Shown one piece after another: positions 1-13,563 of a stretch of DNA of 64,000 bases; position 1 is the stretch's first letter, and each line of letters starts with the position of its first letter. The stretch lies in NCBI RefSeq assembly GCF_006345805.1, contig NC_043008.1, positions 59,954,001-60,018,000 on the forward strand, read 5' to 3'. The translations under genes and the position numbers were made by a program. The notes under the pieces are model-generated. The model was given only the letters and a program-made list of their open reading frames with translations. It was not told the DNA's origin and made no database searches. This stretch comes from Octopus sinensis (taxonomy: Eukaryota).

Positions 1-107
1 GGTTGGTTAGCAAGCTACATACCACACAGCCACTCCTGCGCCTATATACGTAGATTGTATATTTCATACATATAGACATTATTTTGTTTCCATTCTCAAT
101 CTAAAAA

Positions 108-145
108 CTGTCCGATGAACAGGAAAGTGAAACTCTGAGTAGCAG
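108..145 (+). ncRNA. Hammerhead-like motif with U4C core change
   Basis: CTGT-CCGATGA-AC[aggaaa]GT-GAAA-CTCTGA-GTA-GCAG; stem III ACTC/GAGT. Confidence 0.5.
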
Positions 146-465
146 CTTTTTTGCAGCCTTAATAATAATCATTTCTATTGTAGGCACAATGCCTGAAATT
201 TTCGGGGAGGGTGTGAGTCGATAAAATCGGCCCCAGTGCGTAAATAGTACTTATTTAATCGACTCCGAAAGGATGAAATGTAAAGTCAACCGCCGCGGAA
301 TTTGAACACAGATCGCAGCAGCATTCGAAATACTGCTAAGCATTTTGCCTGGCGTGCTAATGATTCTGCCAGCTCGCCGCCTCACAACCTTGATAATAAT
401 GAAGCATATCACTCTACCTCCTGTATTCGAGTACTATGTTTTCCCACTTGTTTCACATTTATGTG

Positions 466-530
<65 letters not shown>

Positions 531-685
531 ATGTATGTATGTTTTATTCTGCCATTTTCATCCGAAGGTGGTTGAAGTCCTACGATGCTATCGATGGTTT
601 ATCTATGATGACTGTAGGACTTTATATCCATTTTAACCAGTTGCCGTTTGCACGTGGGTTCCCTTGGTCAAAAGGTGAGCCCTGA

Positions 686-730
<45 letters not shown>

Positions 731-1189
731 ACTACTACTACAACTACTACTACAACACACACACAAATATACATACATAGATGACCATAGAAGGAAAGGG
801 ACAGACATATGGAGAAACAGACAAATAGACAGACAGACAGACAGATAAATAAACAGATAGAGAAAGAGAGCAAGAAAGAGAGAATGAGAGATTGTGAGTG
901 AGAGAGAGAGAGAAACGAATATTTGAAATATTTACTACTGTATATTAATCAAATTCTGCATAATTCCTAACCATAATATAGACACACTCCCCACATCTTT
1001 ATTGCGAATGACTCTCTAAAGTATAAATATATTATACTGTATTGGGATTAGCTTAAAAGAAGCAAATTATTACATATAATAAATTGTAGATTAGTTTTAT
1101 GACTAGATATTCTCTTGTCGCTTTGGTAATGCTATAATTAACGACACAGCTAGACACACAGATGTATGTATGTATGTATCTTTTTTCTT

Positions 1190-1525
1190 TCATCTTTTGT
1201 TTCAGAACTTTTAGTCAAATGAATCGACCTTAGTTCTTACTTCTTGTTTGAAAGCCTGGTACTTATTCTATCGAACCACTAAGTTACGGGGACGGAAACA
1301 CGCCAGCACCGGTTGTCAAGCGGTGGTGGGGAAACAAAAACAGATACAAAGACACGCAGACACACATATGCGGCGGGCTTCTTTCAGTTTCCGTCTACCG
1401 AATCCACTCACGAGGCTTTAGTCGGCCCGAAGCTATAGTAGAAGACATTTGCCCAAGGTACCATGCAGTGGGACTGAACCTGGAACTACGTGATTGGGAA
1501 GCAAACTTCTTGCCATACAGGCGCC
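1190..1525 (-). mobile_element. SINE family A
   Basis: gggcttctttcagtttccgtctacc and gcagtgggactgaacc motifs. Confidence 0.8.
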
Positions 1526-1526
1526 C

Positions 1527-1763
1527 TTTTAAAGCCTAGCCAGGCTCATGGGCCCCGTTTCCAAGTTTCAATGGCATATGTGTTACCAAGCTGGGCGGGA
1601 TGCCAGTCCATCGCAGCGTTACTCATTTTTGTCAGCTGAGTGGACTGGAGCAACGTGAAATGAAGTGTTTTGCTCAAGAACACAACACGTCGCCCGGTCC
1701 AGGAATCGAAACCACAATCTTACGATCATGATGCTGACACTCTAACCACTAAGCCACGCTCCT

Positions 1764-1765
<2 letters not shown>
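1527..1765 (-). mobile_element. tRNA-headed SINE with a third 3' module (related copy at 38571-38830 +)
   Basis: Minus-strand head ggaggagcgtggcttagtggttagagtg...gtttcgattcc and body ccactcagctgacaaaaatgagtaacgctgcgatggactggcatcccgcccag. Confidence 0.75.
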
Positions 1766-1798
<33 letters not shown>

Positions 1799-2728
1799 AC
1801 ACACATTGTATGTATTTAAGTATATTTCTTGATGTTGAACTGGCAGAATCGTTTTGAAGTGTCAGATAGAATATATTATGGTATTTTCCCTAACATCTTC
1901 GCTCTTAGATCAAATCCTGCAAAGATGGATTTACCTTATATCTTTACGGAAACGTGAAATAAACTATCAGCTCAGAATCATTGAACGGTGCAATTGTTAC
2001 AGCATCAAACAATTGTAAAGGAGCCGTACAACACCCGTTTCGTTTGTACAACAGATGTACTTTCAAGTGCTATACGCTACAGCTGTTCTCTTGTGTAGCC
2101 GTGATTGCATAGAGAAGGGAAACTTGAATGCAAGTTTCCACTGCTGGTCTCCTATATATAAACATCTTTAGCAAAGCCTTCTATAATCACACAAGAGTCA
2201 AGAAGGCTCCGAAGAAATTTATTAGGGATAATTTTGCTATTCAGATTTTTCAGATGAGGTATTTTGAAGGAGAATCCACAACATTAAAGCAACCTATCGA
2301 TTGTAAAGATTACTGTGAGACACATTTTCTAACATTTGTAGCAACCCATTAAATATTTATATAATCCCATTTTGATGTGTTTGAGAATATTTTTGCTTAG
2401 ATAGTGTCACGCAGCTTATGTACTTGAATCATTTAAATAATCGGTAACATGAAACTCAGGATTATTATGAAAACACTTTCAGCTTATAATATGCATGTAT
2501 ATATGTGTGCGTATGCATGTATATATGTGTGTATGCAAATATATGTACGTATGTGCGCGTTTGTATATGGGTGTGTACGTATGTGTATGTCTACATCATA
2601 TGTTCGTATGTATGCATATATATATGTGTGTGTGTGTGTGCGTGTTTGTATATGTACTTAAATATCCATGTATATAGCCAGCTGGCTATATATATCGCAG
2701 ATCGCAGTGATATATGAATATTTACATA

Positions 2729-2765
<37 letters not shown>

Positions 2766-3208
2766 AACATGTGTGCATCATGAGTGTGTGTGCGTGTATT
2801 TATATATGCAGTTAAACGTTTAGTTGTTCTTTTGATATTTTCCATGAAGAGAATTTTTTATATTTCTCGTTTAGTGTCATTCACTGCTTTATATATTTAT
2901 ATATGTATATATATACGCAGTAAGTCATATAGTTATTTGATTTTGCTTTTTTTAAATTTTAAGCTGGCTACAGGTGGATAATTATCACATATTCGTTTCC
3001 TCACGATTTTGAGAGATCAAAAGAGCCTGGTCTGGGAAGAACATGCAAGAAAATCATGACTACTCCTCAAAGCTATCTTTAAAAATGTTTAACAGAGTCG
3101 TTTATTCATGCAAATTTGCAGCGAATTTTCCAATTAAGGGAAGAACACCAATCTGTCACGCATGATTAACTCAGATAATAGATCAGTTCGTTGCTGACAA
3201 AAATTCGT

Positions 3209-3276
3209 CTATTCGTGTTCTGAAGCAATGGGCATATCGTCTATTGAGTGACTGGTAGAAGTAAACACTGTCTTTT
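3209..3276 (-). CDS. Candidate terminal coding exon of the Ig gene
   Basis: Pyrimidine-rich acceptor ccttttgttctttattccatgccactcctattttag|AA; read in phase 1 it gives (E)KTVFTSTSHSIDDMPIASEHE-stop. The only support is splice signal and phase compatibility. Confidence 0.25.
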
Positions 3277-3832
3277 CTAAAATAGGAGTGGCATGGAATA
3301 AAGAACAAAAGGACGGATGGACAGTGACTAAATGATTAAAAAAGTCAAAGCGATGGAGCGAATTGGAAGTTATGAGATAGTGAAGAAAGAAAAGAGAAGC
3401 GAGTTGTAAAGAAAAGAGAAAGAAGTGTGAGGTGATTCAACGATTATTGGTATTAATTCTTTGAAGAAAGTCTTTCTTAGGCAACAACACGTAGACAACT
3501 AGCGAAGTAGACCACATACTAAGTTATATAGAGGCTTTCATTTTCAAAGGGAAGATGTACAGTTTGTAATTAAAATTGAAACAAAACAAAAAGAAAATTA
3601 AACCAAACTATTAACACAAACAAATAAATTATTGTTATGTGTGAATAAATAATGGTTTGATTTCTATCGGAAGCAGATGCCCAGATATTTTGAGGAAAAA
3701 TACTACAATCTAGATTCGCTTAAATGCACTCTATACACTAATTCATGTTTCATTTGGATACACACACACATATACATGATAGATCGGTAGCCACTACACG
3801 CATTTTTTCTTTCTTTGTTTCTTTCTGTGTTC

Positions 3833-3868
3833 CTTTCTGTGGAAGAGCGTGGGCTCGAAATGTAAAAG
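3833..3868 (+). ncRNA. Degenerate minimal hammerhead-like motif
   Basis: CTTT-CTGTGGA-A-GAGC[gtgg]GCTC-GAAA-TGTA-AAAG; A6 and C15.2 are non-canonical. Confidence 0.45.
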
Positions 3869-4505
3869 ATTTATTCAATCCCTGAGCGTTATACTAATAC
3901 ATCTGTTTTGTACTCCACCTGTCTTCGTCTTTTGTTTTTTTGGTGAATTCTCCCTATCTCTCTCTCTCTATATATATACACATACATACATGCACATACA
4001 CGCACGCACACATACAGAGACACACACATATATTAATATATGCGTTTATATACATATATGTACCCATTAGAAACCCAGTACATATGGACAGAAACGAAAG
4101 CGCTCAACAAACACCGTATATATGGATGTATGTATGCTTGCGTATATATTATATGATGAAATATTGGCATATATTTCAAATAACCAGTTATTAGAAGTCA
4201 ATATTCTTGTTCTTTACAGTATGTCATCAGGTTAATACAAAGTCTGCGGCTGATTCTGCTATAAGAAAGTTGCACTCAGAGCTGAATGTTCTTGTGATAT
4301 GTAATAATATCCGTGGAGCCAGCTATTATATTATATTATATTATATCATATAATGTAAAGTAACAAAAAAAAAAAAATAAATAAAATAAATTCAAATACA
4401 ACACACAAATGGCAAGGTATGAAAAATATGTTATCATTTTAGTACTTGTAATGTTGAAATAGTTTGATTGACGTTTCTGATATTAGTTCTTCACCAGAAG
4501 GAAAG

Positions 4506-4536
<31 letters not shown>

Positions 4537-5331
4537 GTGAGAGAGAGAGAGAAAGAGAGATGGAGAGACTGAGAGAGATATGGAGAGGTAGTGAGAGTGT
4601 GTGTGAGAGAGTGATAGTATTGCAGTGAAAGAAGAGAAATAATGCATGTATTGAAAAGTAATTTAAAAAATAAAAAATCATTAATTGGTAGAAGGGGACA
4701 TTTGAGGAGAGAGGGGGGACTTGAAAACCCTGGGCGAGTGCCGTTGGGGAGAACTCAGGAATAAATAATGATAAAGGGGCGTACAAACATCTCTCAGGGG
4801 CTCTGAGTTTCGGAAAGTAGGATAGAGGAACATCATGAAGGCGTCTGTGTTGGTGTACAGAAATATGTTGATGTGAAAATGGGTTAGTGTGGTGTGCACG
4901 TGCCGAGGTGTATGTAACTATTAGTATATGTGTATGTGTGAGAAAAGGTGTCATGGAATTGGTATGAGAAAGTGTGTGTGTACGTTTAGCGGAGTTACGT
5001 ATGTGTGTAGGGGCGTGTGTATGGATAAAGAAGCCAGTGGAGGTGGAAAAGTGTTTTAGAGGCGTACAGAAGTGCCAAAAAAATAATAATGTGAATGATA
5101 ATAATAATAATGAAAGATGTTGGAGAAGCTCCCTCTCTGTAAGTGTGAAATATGTTGGCTTCTACAAATATATACATACATGCATGCATTCATGCATACA
5201 TACATACATACATACATATACACATACATAATATATATATTATATATATATATATATATATAAATTTTTCTCTCCCTGTCCACAATTTTTAAAGTATTTT
5301 AACAATTCTACACTTGAAGAGAAACAATCGA

Positions 5332-5396
<65 letters not shown>

Positions 5397-5458
5397 ATCT
5401 ATCTATCTATCTATCGATCTATCTATCTATCTATCTATCTATCTAATCTATCTATCTA

Positions 5459-5491
<33 letters not shown>

Positions 5492-5526
5492 ATATATATA
5501 TATATATATCTATATATATATATACA

Positions 5527-5728
5527 TATGATGGGGTGTCGGAAAGTTCCTGGCTTTGGGCAAACAATACTGGTGGATCAGTTAATTATGATCTTATTCA
5601 ATATATTCCACTCTCAGATTCACAACACTTATTGCAGTGGTCCTTCAGTTTTTCTAAATCGGAAGGTCGGACATTCACTGAAGCCTTTCGAAATACCCTT
5701 AAAACCAGGAAATTTTCAACACTCCCTA

Positions 5729-5733
<5 letters not shown>
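5527..5733. mobile_element. mariner-type MITE
   Basis: Imperfect TIRs tatgatggggtgtcggaaagttcctggctttggg / cccttaaaaccaggaaattttcaacactccctagcata, inserted in a TA tract. Confidence 0.7.
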
Positions 5734-5775
<42 letters not shown>

Positions 5776-6683
5776 GTTTGTGTGTGTGTGTGTGTGTGCA
5801 TGTATGTATACGTTTGTTTGCATGTGCGTGTCTGAGTGTGAATTTTCATAAACCATTAGCACTATGGGGCATTTACATACATAAATTTTAAGCATGGGAG
5901 ATCAACGAAACAAGCAACCGACTAAGTAATTTATTAGGGATAAAAGCGGTGCTCCAGTATGGCCACAGAGCAATGACTGATACCGATGGAATAGTAATAT
6001 ATATTCAGTAATTATTTCAGGTATCACGGAAGCATAAAATTTAAAGTGGACCTCGTGAGGTTTGAAATTCTAACTTAAAGGAAGCTAAGTCAACATAGCA
6101 TGGCATTGAAATACTACAGAGACAGCTACATCAATTCCATATAAAAATAAAAATGCAATCGAGATATTTTTTGCGTTAATGGATTGGAAAATATTTTTGT
6201 TATCAACATGAATTTCAAATCATAGGCAACAACGCTAAAAGCCCATCTAAGATACGACGTCCTTGCATCAATATGAATATATGAATTCATGCACATTCGT
6301 GTATACGTCCGTACACATATACATGTATTCATGCAAACATATATTGATCTATCTACTAATCTATATTTATGTTTACTTATTATATGTGTATGTGTGTGTA
6401 TGTGTATGCTTGTTTGTGGGCGTACGTATGTGTGGAGCAGGCATGTTAATGTATGGAAGGAAACAAAATTAAGCCGTGCTCATCACCACGCATCTAAGGT
6501 TCACGTGCTCGCACACATACAAAAATTATAGCATAATATGATATAATATAATGTAATATAATATGATATAATACAATATATGTATGTATATATACATATA
6601 CATGTATATAAAAATATATATCAAATGTGTGTGTATATATATATATATATATATAATATAAAGATATATATCAAATGTGTGCG

Positions 6684-6756
<73 letters not shown>

Positions 6757-6853
6757 TATATACATATATTACATGCATAATAAACATGTATATATGTATA
6801 TATAAGTATATATATATATGTATATATAAGTGTATACATATTTATATGTATCA

Positions 6854-6895
<42 letters not shown>

Positions 6896-7205
6896 ATACA
6901 AATAAATGTATTCATATTTGGATGCATTATATATATATTATATGTATACACACACGTAATGACATTGATATGTTACGTAGGTTGGTAATTTAGCTGTATC
7001 GTTTTCGTACAGATAACACGAAAATAAATCATTTACATACCTAATAATAACTTTATCACACGCACACATGGCAACTAGTAATATTAACTGTAATAACAAC
7101 AGCAGTAATAGCAGTAGTAGTAAAATTATTGATAATTATAGTACGTAATAAAATTTATCCAAAAACCAATATATATGTATGAATGTATCTCTCTCTCTCT
7201 CTCCC

Positions 7206-7279
<74 letters not shown>

Positions 7280-7661
7280 TACATACAAATATATATATAA
7301 TGTTGTTATGAAATGAATTAAGCAGCAATATAAGTGAACAAATTCGGTTGGTAAGAAAATGTGGATCTCTATTAGGTGATACGATGTATAGGATGTTGTG
7401 ACTTTCTGATAGTGATGTTGTGAAATTCATGCCTTTCCAAATAGATTTGTAACAAAGGTGATTGAATGTACGAGGAAGGAAATATATATATAATGGCTGT
7501 TGTCACCTGAGATTTCACCTAGTCTGCTCTCCACTATCCGCCATCTGCCTTGCAGCATACAGTACAGCGGAGTATGCCCATAGATAGACGGATTGTATTA
7601 AACAAGGAAAATCATTAGTAAACAAAGGAAACCAAAAGAAAATTAAAGCAAACTAATAATA

Positions 7662-7727
<66 letters not shown>

Positions 7728-7972
7728 TAATAAAATAATAATAAGAAGAATGACAATAATGAAAATAATAATGAAAATAATAATGATGATGGAGCCTCAT
7801 CTTTAAGGAAATAGGTAGAGCTTAACATATCGGTCCCAGTACTTGATAGGAAGATTTTGTCCCGAAAGATTGCAAAGCAAATTTGATTTTTGATAGGTTT
7901 TGAACTTAGAAATTTAAAAGTAATTTTTCCCGTTACTATTCAAATTTTTTCATCACCAATATAATAATAATG

Positions 7973-8011
<39 letters not shown>

Positions 8012-8037
8012 TAATAATAACAATAATAATAATAATA

Positions 8038-8586
8038 GATGCAGTACAAGGCAGTGGCTCTCGTGGCTTCTGATCTTAACTGATTGGAAGTGTTATTATG
8101 TACATTGTTTTGTCTTGGTATAAAAGATGGGCTACAGCAAATATTCTGCTCAATACCCCAGATTTACTCATCAGTTGTTTGACCTTAACCAGTTGAGCAT
8201 GTTCCTTAGTGGCTGACGAAATGTGCATCTCTAATCACAAGCAAAAGCAGTGGGGGAGCATCATAGCCATGTGTTGAAAGGAATTCTTGGAGGTTTGGAT
8301 AATTCACCTTTGGAAACATGGGTGGTTCATTCAACATCCTTAAACAATCCTTATTCAGGGACCTTTTGAGTGGGATGGGCTACTCGACCAGAAGAAAATT
8401 CTAACTGGGCCCCACCTACAAGGTCATGTGCTGTTTATCTTGATATGAGATCACCATGTCGCGCACATATTGTTGTGATGCATGTGCGTGGTGTACCCTT
8501 ATTAGACGGGTAGTCATGATGGGTATACTGGGCTTCGTATATTTTATCCCAGTGTCACTTTGATGGCATGCACTGCTCTCTCACTC
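8038..8586 (+). mobile_element. ~550-bp retroelement remnant embedded in (AAT)n on both sides
   Basis: Non-repetitive block flanked 5' and 3' by (AAT)n and ending ...ctctctcactc(AAT)n. Assignment to a Dong/R4 3' UTR is inference. Confidence 0.5.
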
Positions 8587-8637
8587 AATAATAATAATAA
8601 TGATAATAATAATAATAATAATAATAATAACAGCCAC

Positions 8638-8677
<40 letters not shown>

Positions 8678-9303
8678 ATTATTATTATTATGTGCGGGTA
8701 AAATGTACCACAGTAATCATTGGGAATCATGGCTAAAGATTTGAACTGATGGAAAGAGGAAATAGGCAGAAAAAGTGTTATTATGGACAGCTAAAGTACT
8801 TAGGAGGGTTCTTGGTATGTAAGGTTATGTTTTGCAGCCCGATGTTAGGATTTTCTCTTTTCCAACAGTTTAATCTGTCGTGCGTATATGAAATATATGA
8901 GATAATAGTAATAATGATAATAGTAATAATAAATTTTTGATATTATTATATACATTGCATTTTATGTCAGGCCAATAAAGAAAAGTTTGTTAATGTTTAG
9001 GAAAATTAATATCGTTATTGTTATGGAAGATTCATTCTAAATATTTAAAAATACACAAAGCTGTTAAATTCATTTTAAATTTCGGTAACGATGACCTGGA
9101 TCGGGAGTTCTAGCGCTTCGAGGAAAGTGGACCCACATCTTAGTCATTGTTATTCCCAGGTCAGTTTTGACCCGCGTTTCAACAACTGACATGTTCTAAG
9201 GTACGGGTTAATTAGGATATTAGGGCTTTCCTAGTTACGCACGGGAAGACTGGGTCAGGCAGACTCTGCAGAACAAACATGCTTCGACGGAAGAAACCTT
9301 CAG

Positions 9304-9780
9304 GGCGCAGGAGTGGCTGTGTGGTAGGTAGCTTGCTAACCAACCACATGGTTCCGGGTTCATTCGCATTGCGTGGAACCTTCGGCAAGTTTCTTCTACT
9401 ATAGCCTCGGGCAGACCGAAGCCTTGTGAGTGGATTTGGTAGTCGGAAACTGAAAGAAGCCCGTCGTATATATGTATATATGTGTATATGTTTGTGTGTC
9501 TGTGTTTGTCCACCCAACATCGCTTGACAACTGATGCTGGGGGGTTTACATCCCCATAACTTAGCGGTTCGGCAAAAGACACCGATAGAATAAGTACTAG
9601 GCTTACAAATAATAAGTCCTGGTGTCGATTTGCTCGACTAAAAAAGGTGCTGCTCCAGCATGGCCACAGTCAAGTGAATGAAACAAGTCCTGGAGTCGAT
9701 TTGCTCGACTAAAGGCGGTGCTCCAGCATTGTCGCAGTCAAATGACTGAAACAAGTAAAAGAGTAAAAGAGAGCAAAGAG
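9304..9780 (+). mobile_element. tRNA-derived SINE family A, full length, with a ~70-bp 3' internal duplication
   Basis: Head ggcgcaggagtggctgtgtgg, central gccttgtgagtggatttggta..ggaaactgaaagaagcccgtcg, and (aaaagag)n tail. aagtcctgg...tgaaac occurs twice. Confidence 0.85.
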
Positions 9781-9959
9781 AGGTTCAAAACTGCTGCAGC
9801 AATGCATTGTGGGCTGCAGGGACCCAGATGAATAACGTATCTCATCTTGGTCGTCCACTGCATTCGTCTCCACGCCCAATCGTCCTGACCTGCTCTTACC
9901 ACCGGACTGAAGATGCTCACGGACGAGAGAGTGAGGTTGATGGTGCGCGACTCCTCTTC

Positions 9960-10162
9960 ACTTTATTCGTTTATTCTTCTATGTGTTTCAGTCATTTGAC
10001 TGCGGCCATGCTGGAGCGCCGCCTTTTTGTCAAACAAATCGACTCCCAGTACTTATTCTTTGTAAACCTAGTGCTTATAATATCGGTCTCTTTTGCCGAA
10101 CGTAAGTACACCAGCATCAGCTGTCAAGCGGTGGTGGGGGACAAACACAGACGCACAGATAT

Positions 10163-10198
<36 letters not shown>

Positions 10199-10340
10199 AC
10201 ATGACAGGCTTCTTTCAGTTTCCGTCTACCAAATCCACTCACAAGGCTTTGGTCGGCCCGAAGCCATAGTAGAAAACACTCAAAGTTCCACGCAGTGAGA
10301 CTGACCCCGGAAGCATGTGGTTGGGAAGTAAGCTTCTTAC
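9960..10340 (-). mobile_element. SINE family A
   Basis: Reverse complement of the family A consensus; forms an inverted pair with 9304-9780. Confidence 0.8.
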
Positions 10341-10690
10341 CTCACCGAACACATCAGCAATCAGTCTTAGATGATTAGAAAATTCTCGTCGCTTCTGTGA
10401 ATGAACATGTGATTTCTTAAATTTTATATAAACATGCATACGCTCCCCACCCCCACAACACATAAACTTACATGTAAAAGTGTAAGGTCGCAGATGTGTG
10501 TCGAAAATTTTGCACTCATGATAAAATTTAGTTTCGTTCAACAGATGGTCTCAGATCGAATCACTTGCTAGACAACTACGACTCCAAAATATTAAGGTTG
10601 TAGCTGTCATCATCATCATCACCATCACCATCACCATCATCATCATCATCATCATCATCATCACCATTGTTGTTGTCGTTGTTGTTATCA

Positions 10691-10766
<76 letters not shown>

Positions 10767-10992
10767 TAAGGCTCTAAGCTGACGGAATCGTTAACAAGCC
10801 GAGCAAAATGTTTAGCGGCATTTCGGCAGTCCTTACGTTCCTAGTTCAAATTCCGCCGAAGTCGACTTTTGCTTTTTATTTTTTCGGGGTCGATAAAGTA
10901 GTTACCAGTTACGCACTGGGTTCGATGTAATCGATTTAACACCTCCCCCAAAATTTTAGGCTTTGTGCCTATAGTAGAAATGATTTTTATTG

Positions 10993-11038
<46 letters not shown>

Positions 11039-11390
11039 CTATAAGGCAGTGAGCTGGCCGAATCGTTAGTACGCTGGGCAAAATGTTTTAGCAACATTTG
11101 GTCCATCTTTCATTCTGAGTTCAACTTTTCAGAACGCTTTTTGCCGTGGTCGATGTTTTACCTTTCATTCTTTCGGGGTCGATAAAATAAGTACCAGTCA
11201 AGTACTGGGGGGGGGGGAGTCGATGTAGTTGGCCTGCCTCTTCCCTAAAAATTTTGAGGCCTTGTGAGTATAGTAAAAATTATTATTATTGCTATTAATA
11301 TTATTATTATTATTATAATTATAATTATTATTATTATAATTTTTATTATTATTATTATTATTATCATTATTATTATTATTATTATTATCA

Positions 11391-11436
<46 letters not shown>

Positions 11437-11610
11437 CATTATCATTATTATTATTATTATTGTAGATAAAACGCTATAAAAATAAATTTAAAACACTGAT
11501 GTTTTTTTTATGTTTTCATGGTTGCCATTGTTGTTATTGTTGTTATTGCTAATAATATATTTCTTTTTTTTTTGTTTGAGGTTTGTGTGATGTCAGTGAA
11601 GATAACTTAC

Positions 11611-11898
11611 CGTCTAGCACATTTACTTTCATACTGGTTACAAGAGACTCAGAGGTTCGACAGATGTACGTTCCTTGATCTGTGAGTTTGCTGTGTTTTA
11701 TGACCAGCGTGCTCGATATCGTTCCGGTTTCGTATGACGAACTTCCGGTTATGGATATTTGCTTTATTTTATTTGCGTTGATTTTCTGTCCATCTTTGAA
11801 CCAATCTGCAACATGTGGGTGAGACAAACCGCTTGCATTGCACGTTAGTCTAATGGCTAAATCCTTGTCAACATACGATTTGCCTGATATGGTGATTG
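11611..11898 (-). CDS. Exon encoding Ig domain 2 of the same protein (phase 1 to phase 1)
   Basis: Lies inside ORF 11549..11983. Acceptor ttattccgtag|CA and donor GACG|gtaagt bound 288 nt encoding (A)ITISGKSYVDKDLAIRLTCNASG...DWFKDG...STLVIKHSKLTDQGTYICRTSESLVTSMKVNVLD, with Ig Cys, Trp and DxGxYxC. Phase is compatible with the 31563 donor. Confidence 0.93.
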
Positions 11899-13173
11899 CT
11901 ACGGAATAACAATGAATAAATAAATAAATGAATAAATAATTATATGAATGAATAAAGCATTTAAAAAAAAAATAATGAAACAATGTAATTAGAAAAAAAA
12001 AATAATTACAAAATATAAGTGGAAAATACTAAAATTCAATTCTACATGATTACAAATGATAAAGATATTGAGAACTGAAATTGTATAAGGTATACTCACA
12101 GACAGACACGCGTCCACGCACGTGCGCGCGCACTTACACATGCACACCCATACAGGAACCAATATACGCATAAAACGTAATTGTGTTTGCATACAACTAC
12201 ACATACACGCACAAACATACATCTACACTGATATACATATGTAAGTATTTGTAGATATTTTTGCGGCTTTCTATCAATCTATCTATCTATCTATTTATCT
12301 ATCCATATGAAGTTGAGAAACGGAAAATTGTATTCACGAGGCTCTTTATTCAAAACCACTACGATCGTTTCGACTCACCTTGCACCCGTACCTTACAGAT
12401 AAGAGGCTGTACAATCATTGTCATTCATAGCAGGTGACGTTTTCAAAAAGAACCTCATCTTTCACTTGCCGTTTTGTTTATTTTCTGTAACAATATATTT
12501 TATTTAGGTAGCGGGGCTCTGAAAGGGGTCTCAGGGAGTAGCGTCCCTGCCTCCCTGAACTAGTCTTCCACCACATTTCTTAAAAATCGTGTTAGAGGCC
12601 TTTGTCTCAGGACCACTCATGTCTAGATACTGAGATTGGGGGTAAGCAAGGGCATGCTCCCCGTAGAAAATTCAGCTCCAATAAAGCCACATGGTAGCAA
12701 GGAAGAATGAGCACCAGCCAGACCAAAGGTTGGGGGTGGGCTGCACCTGCCTACTTCGGTTGCTATGGCATTGTGGTAGATCCGGCAACCCCCGTTAACG
12801 AGGACAAAACCCGGATTTAAAATACTGGATGATGATGCGTGTGTATATATATATATATATATATTCACACATACATATCTCCATATCTCCGATTTATTTT
12901 TCTAGAAAACGAGGTCTTAACATCGAAATATAGAACTATACGATAAAAGTGCAAACCATTGACAACATCATTTGTCACACATTTGTGACACACTCGCATT
13001 GTTTTGGCTTTCAAAAAGCATAGAAAACATTTACTATATATATATATATATAATAGAAATATTAAAATAACTAAGTCTCTCTAAAAGAGAACAGCGGCAG
13101 CGTTCCCGGAAAATAATAAGCGGACAGCTTTTTTCTTATTTTTATAAGAATGCCATATTAGTATGGCGATAAC

Positions 13174-13238
<65 letters not shown>

Positions 13239-13563
13239 GTGTGTGTGTGTATGTATATGTGTATGTATGTATGTAGGTATGTATGGATGTCTGTATACAC
13301 ACACGCACATGTGATAATTTGTCTGTCAAATTTGATGATGGCAAACAAAAATAGACTAAATAAAAGAATAACACCTGAAAGAAATGAGGAAGAAAAGCGA
13401 TGCCCAAGGCTATAGCGTTCATTCAAGGTCGATCAAGGGCGACAATGACATCAATCATGGCAAATGAACAGGGAACGGTTTTATGTAGGAGATTATGGTA
13501 TCACAAATGTTGTCGACTATATACTAACACGCTCCGTATACATCGATCTACTGTAGCTGTAGT

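Noticed and set aside
4466-4499. Minus-strand hammerhead-like CTGGTGA...GAAACGTC
   Set aside because: A6 is changed, there is an extra base before GAAA and stem I pairs poorly; at most a decayed remnant.
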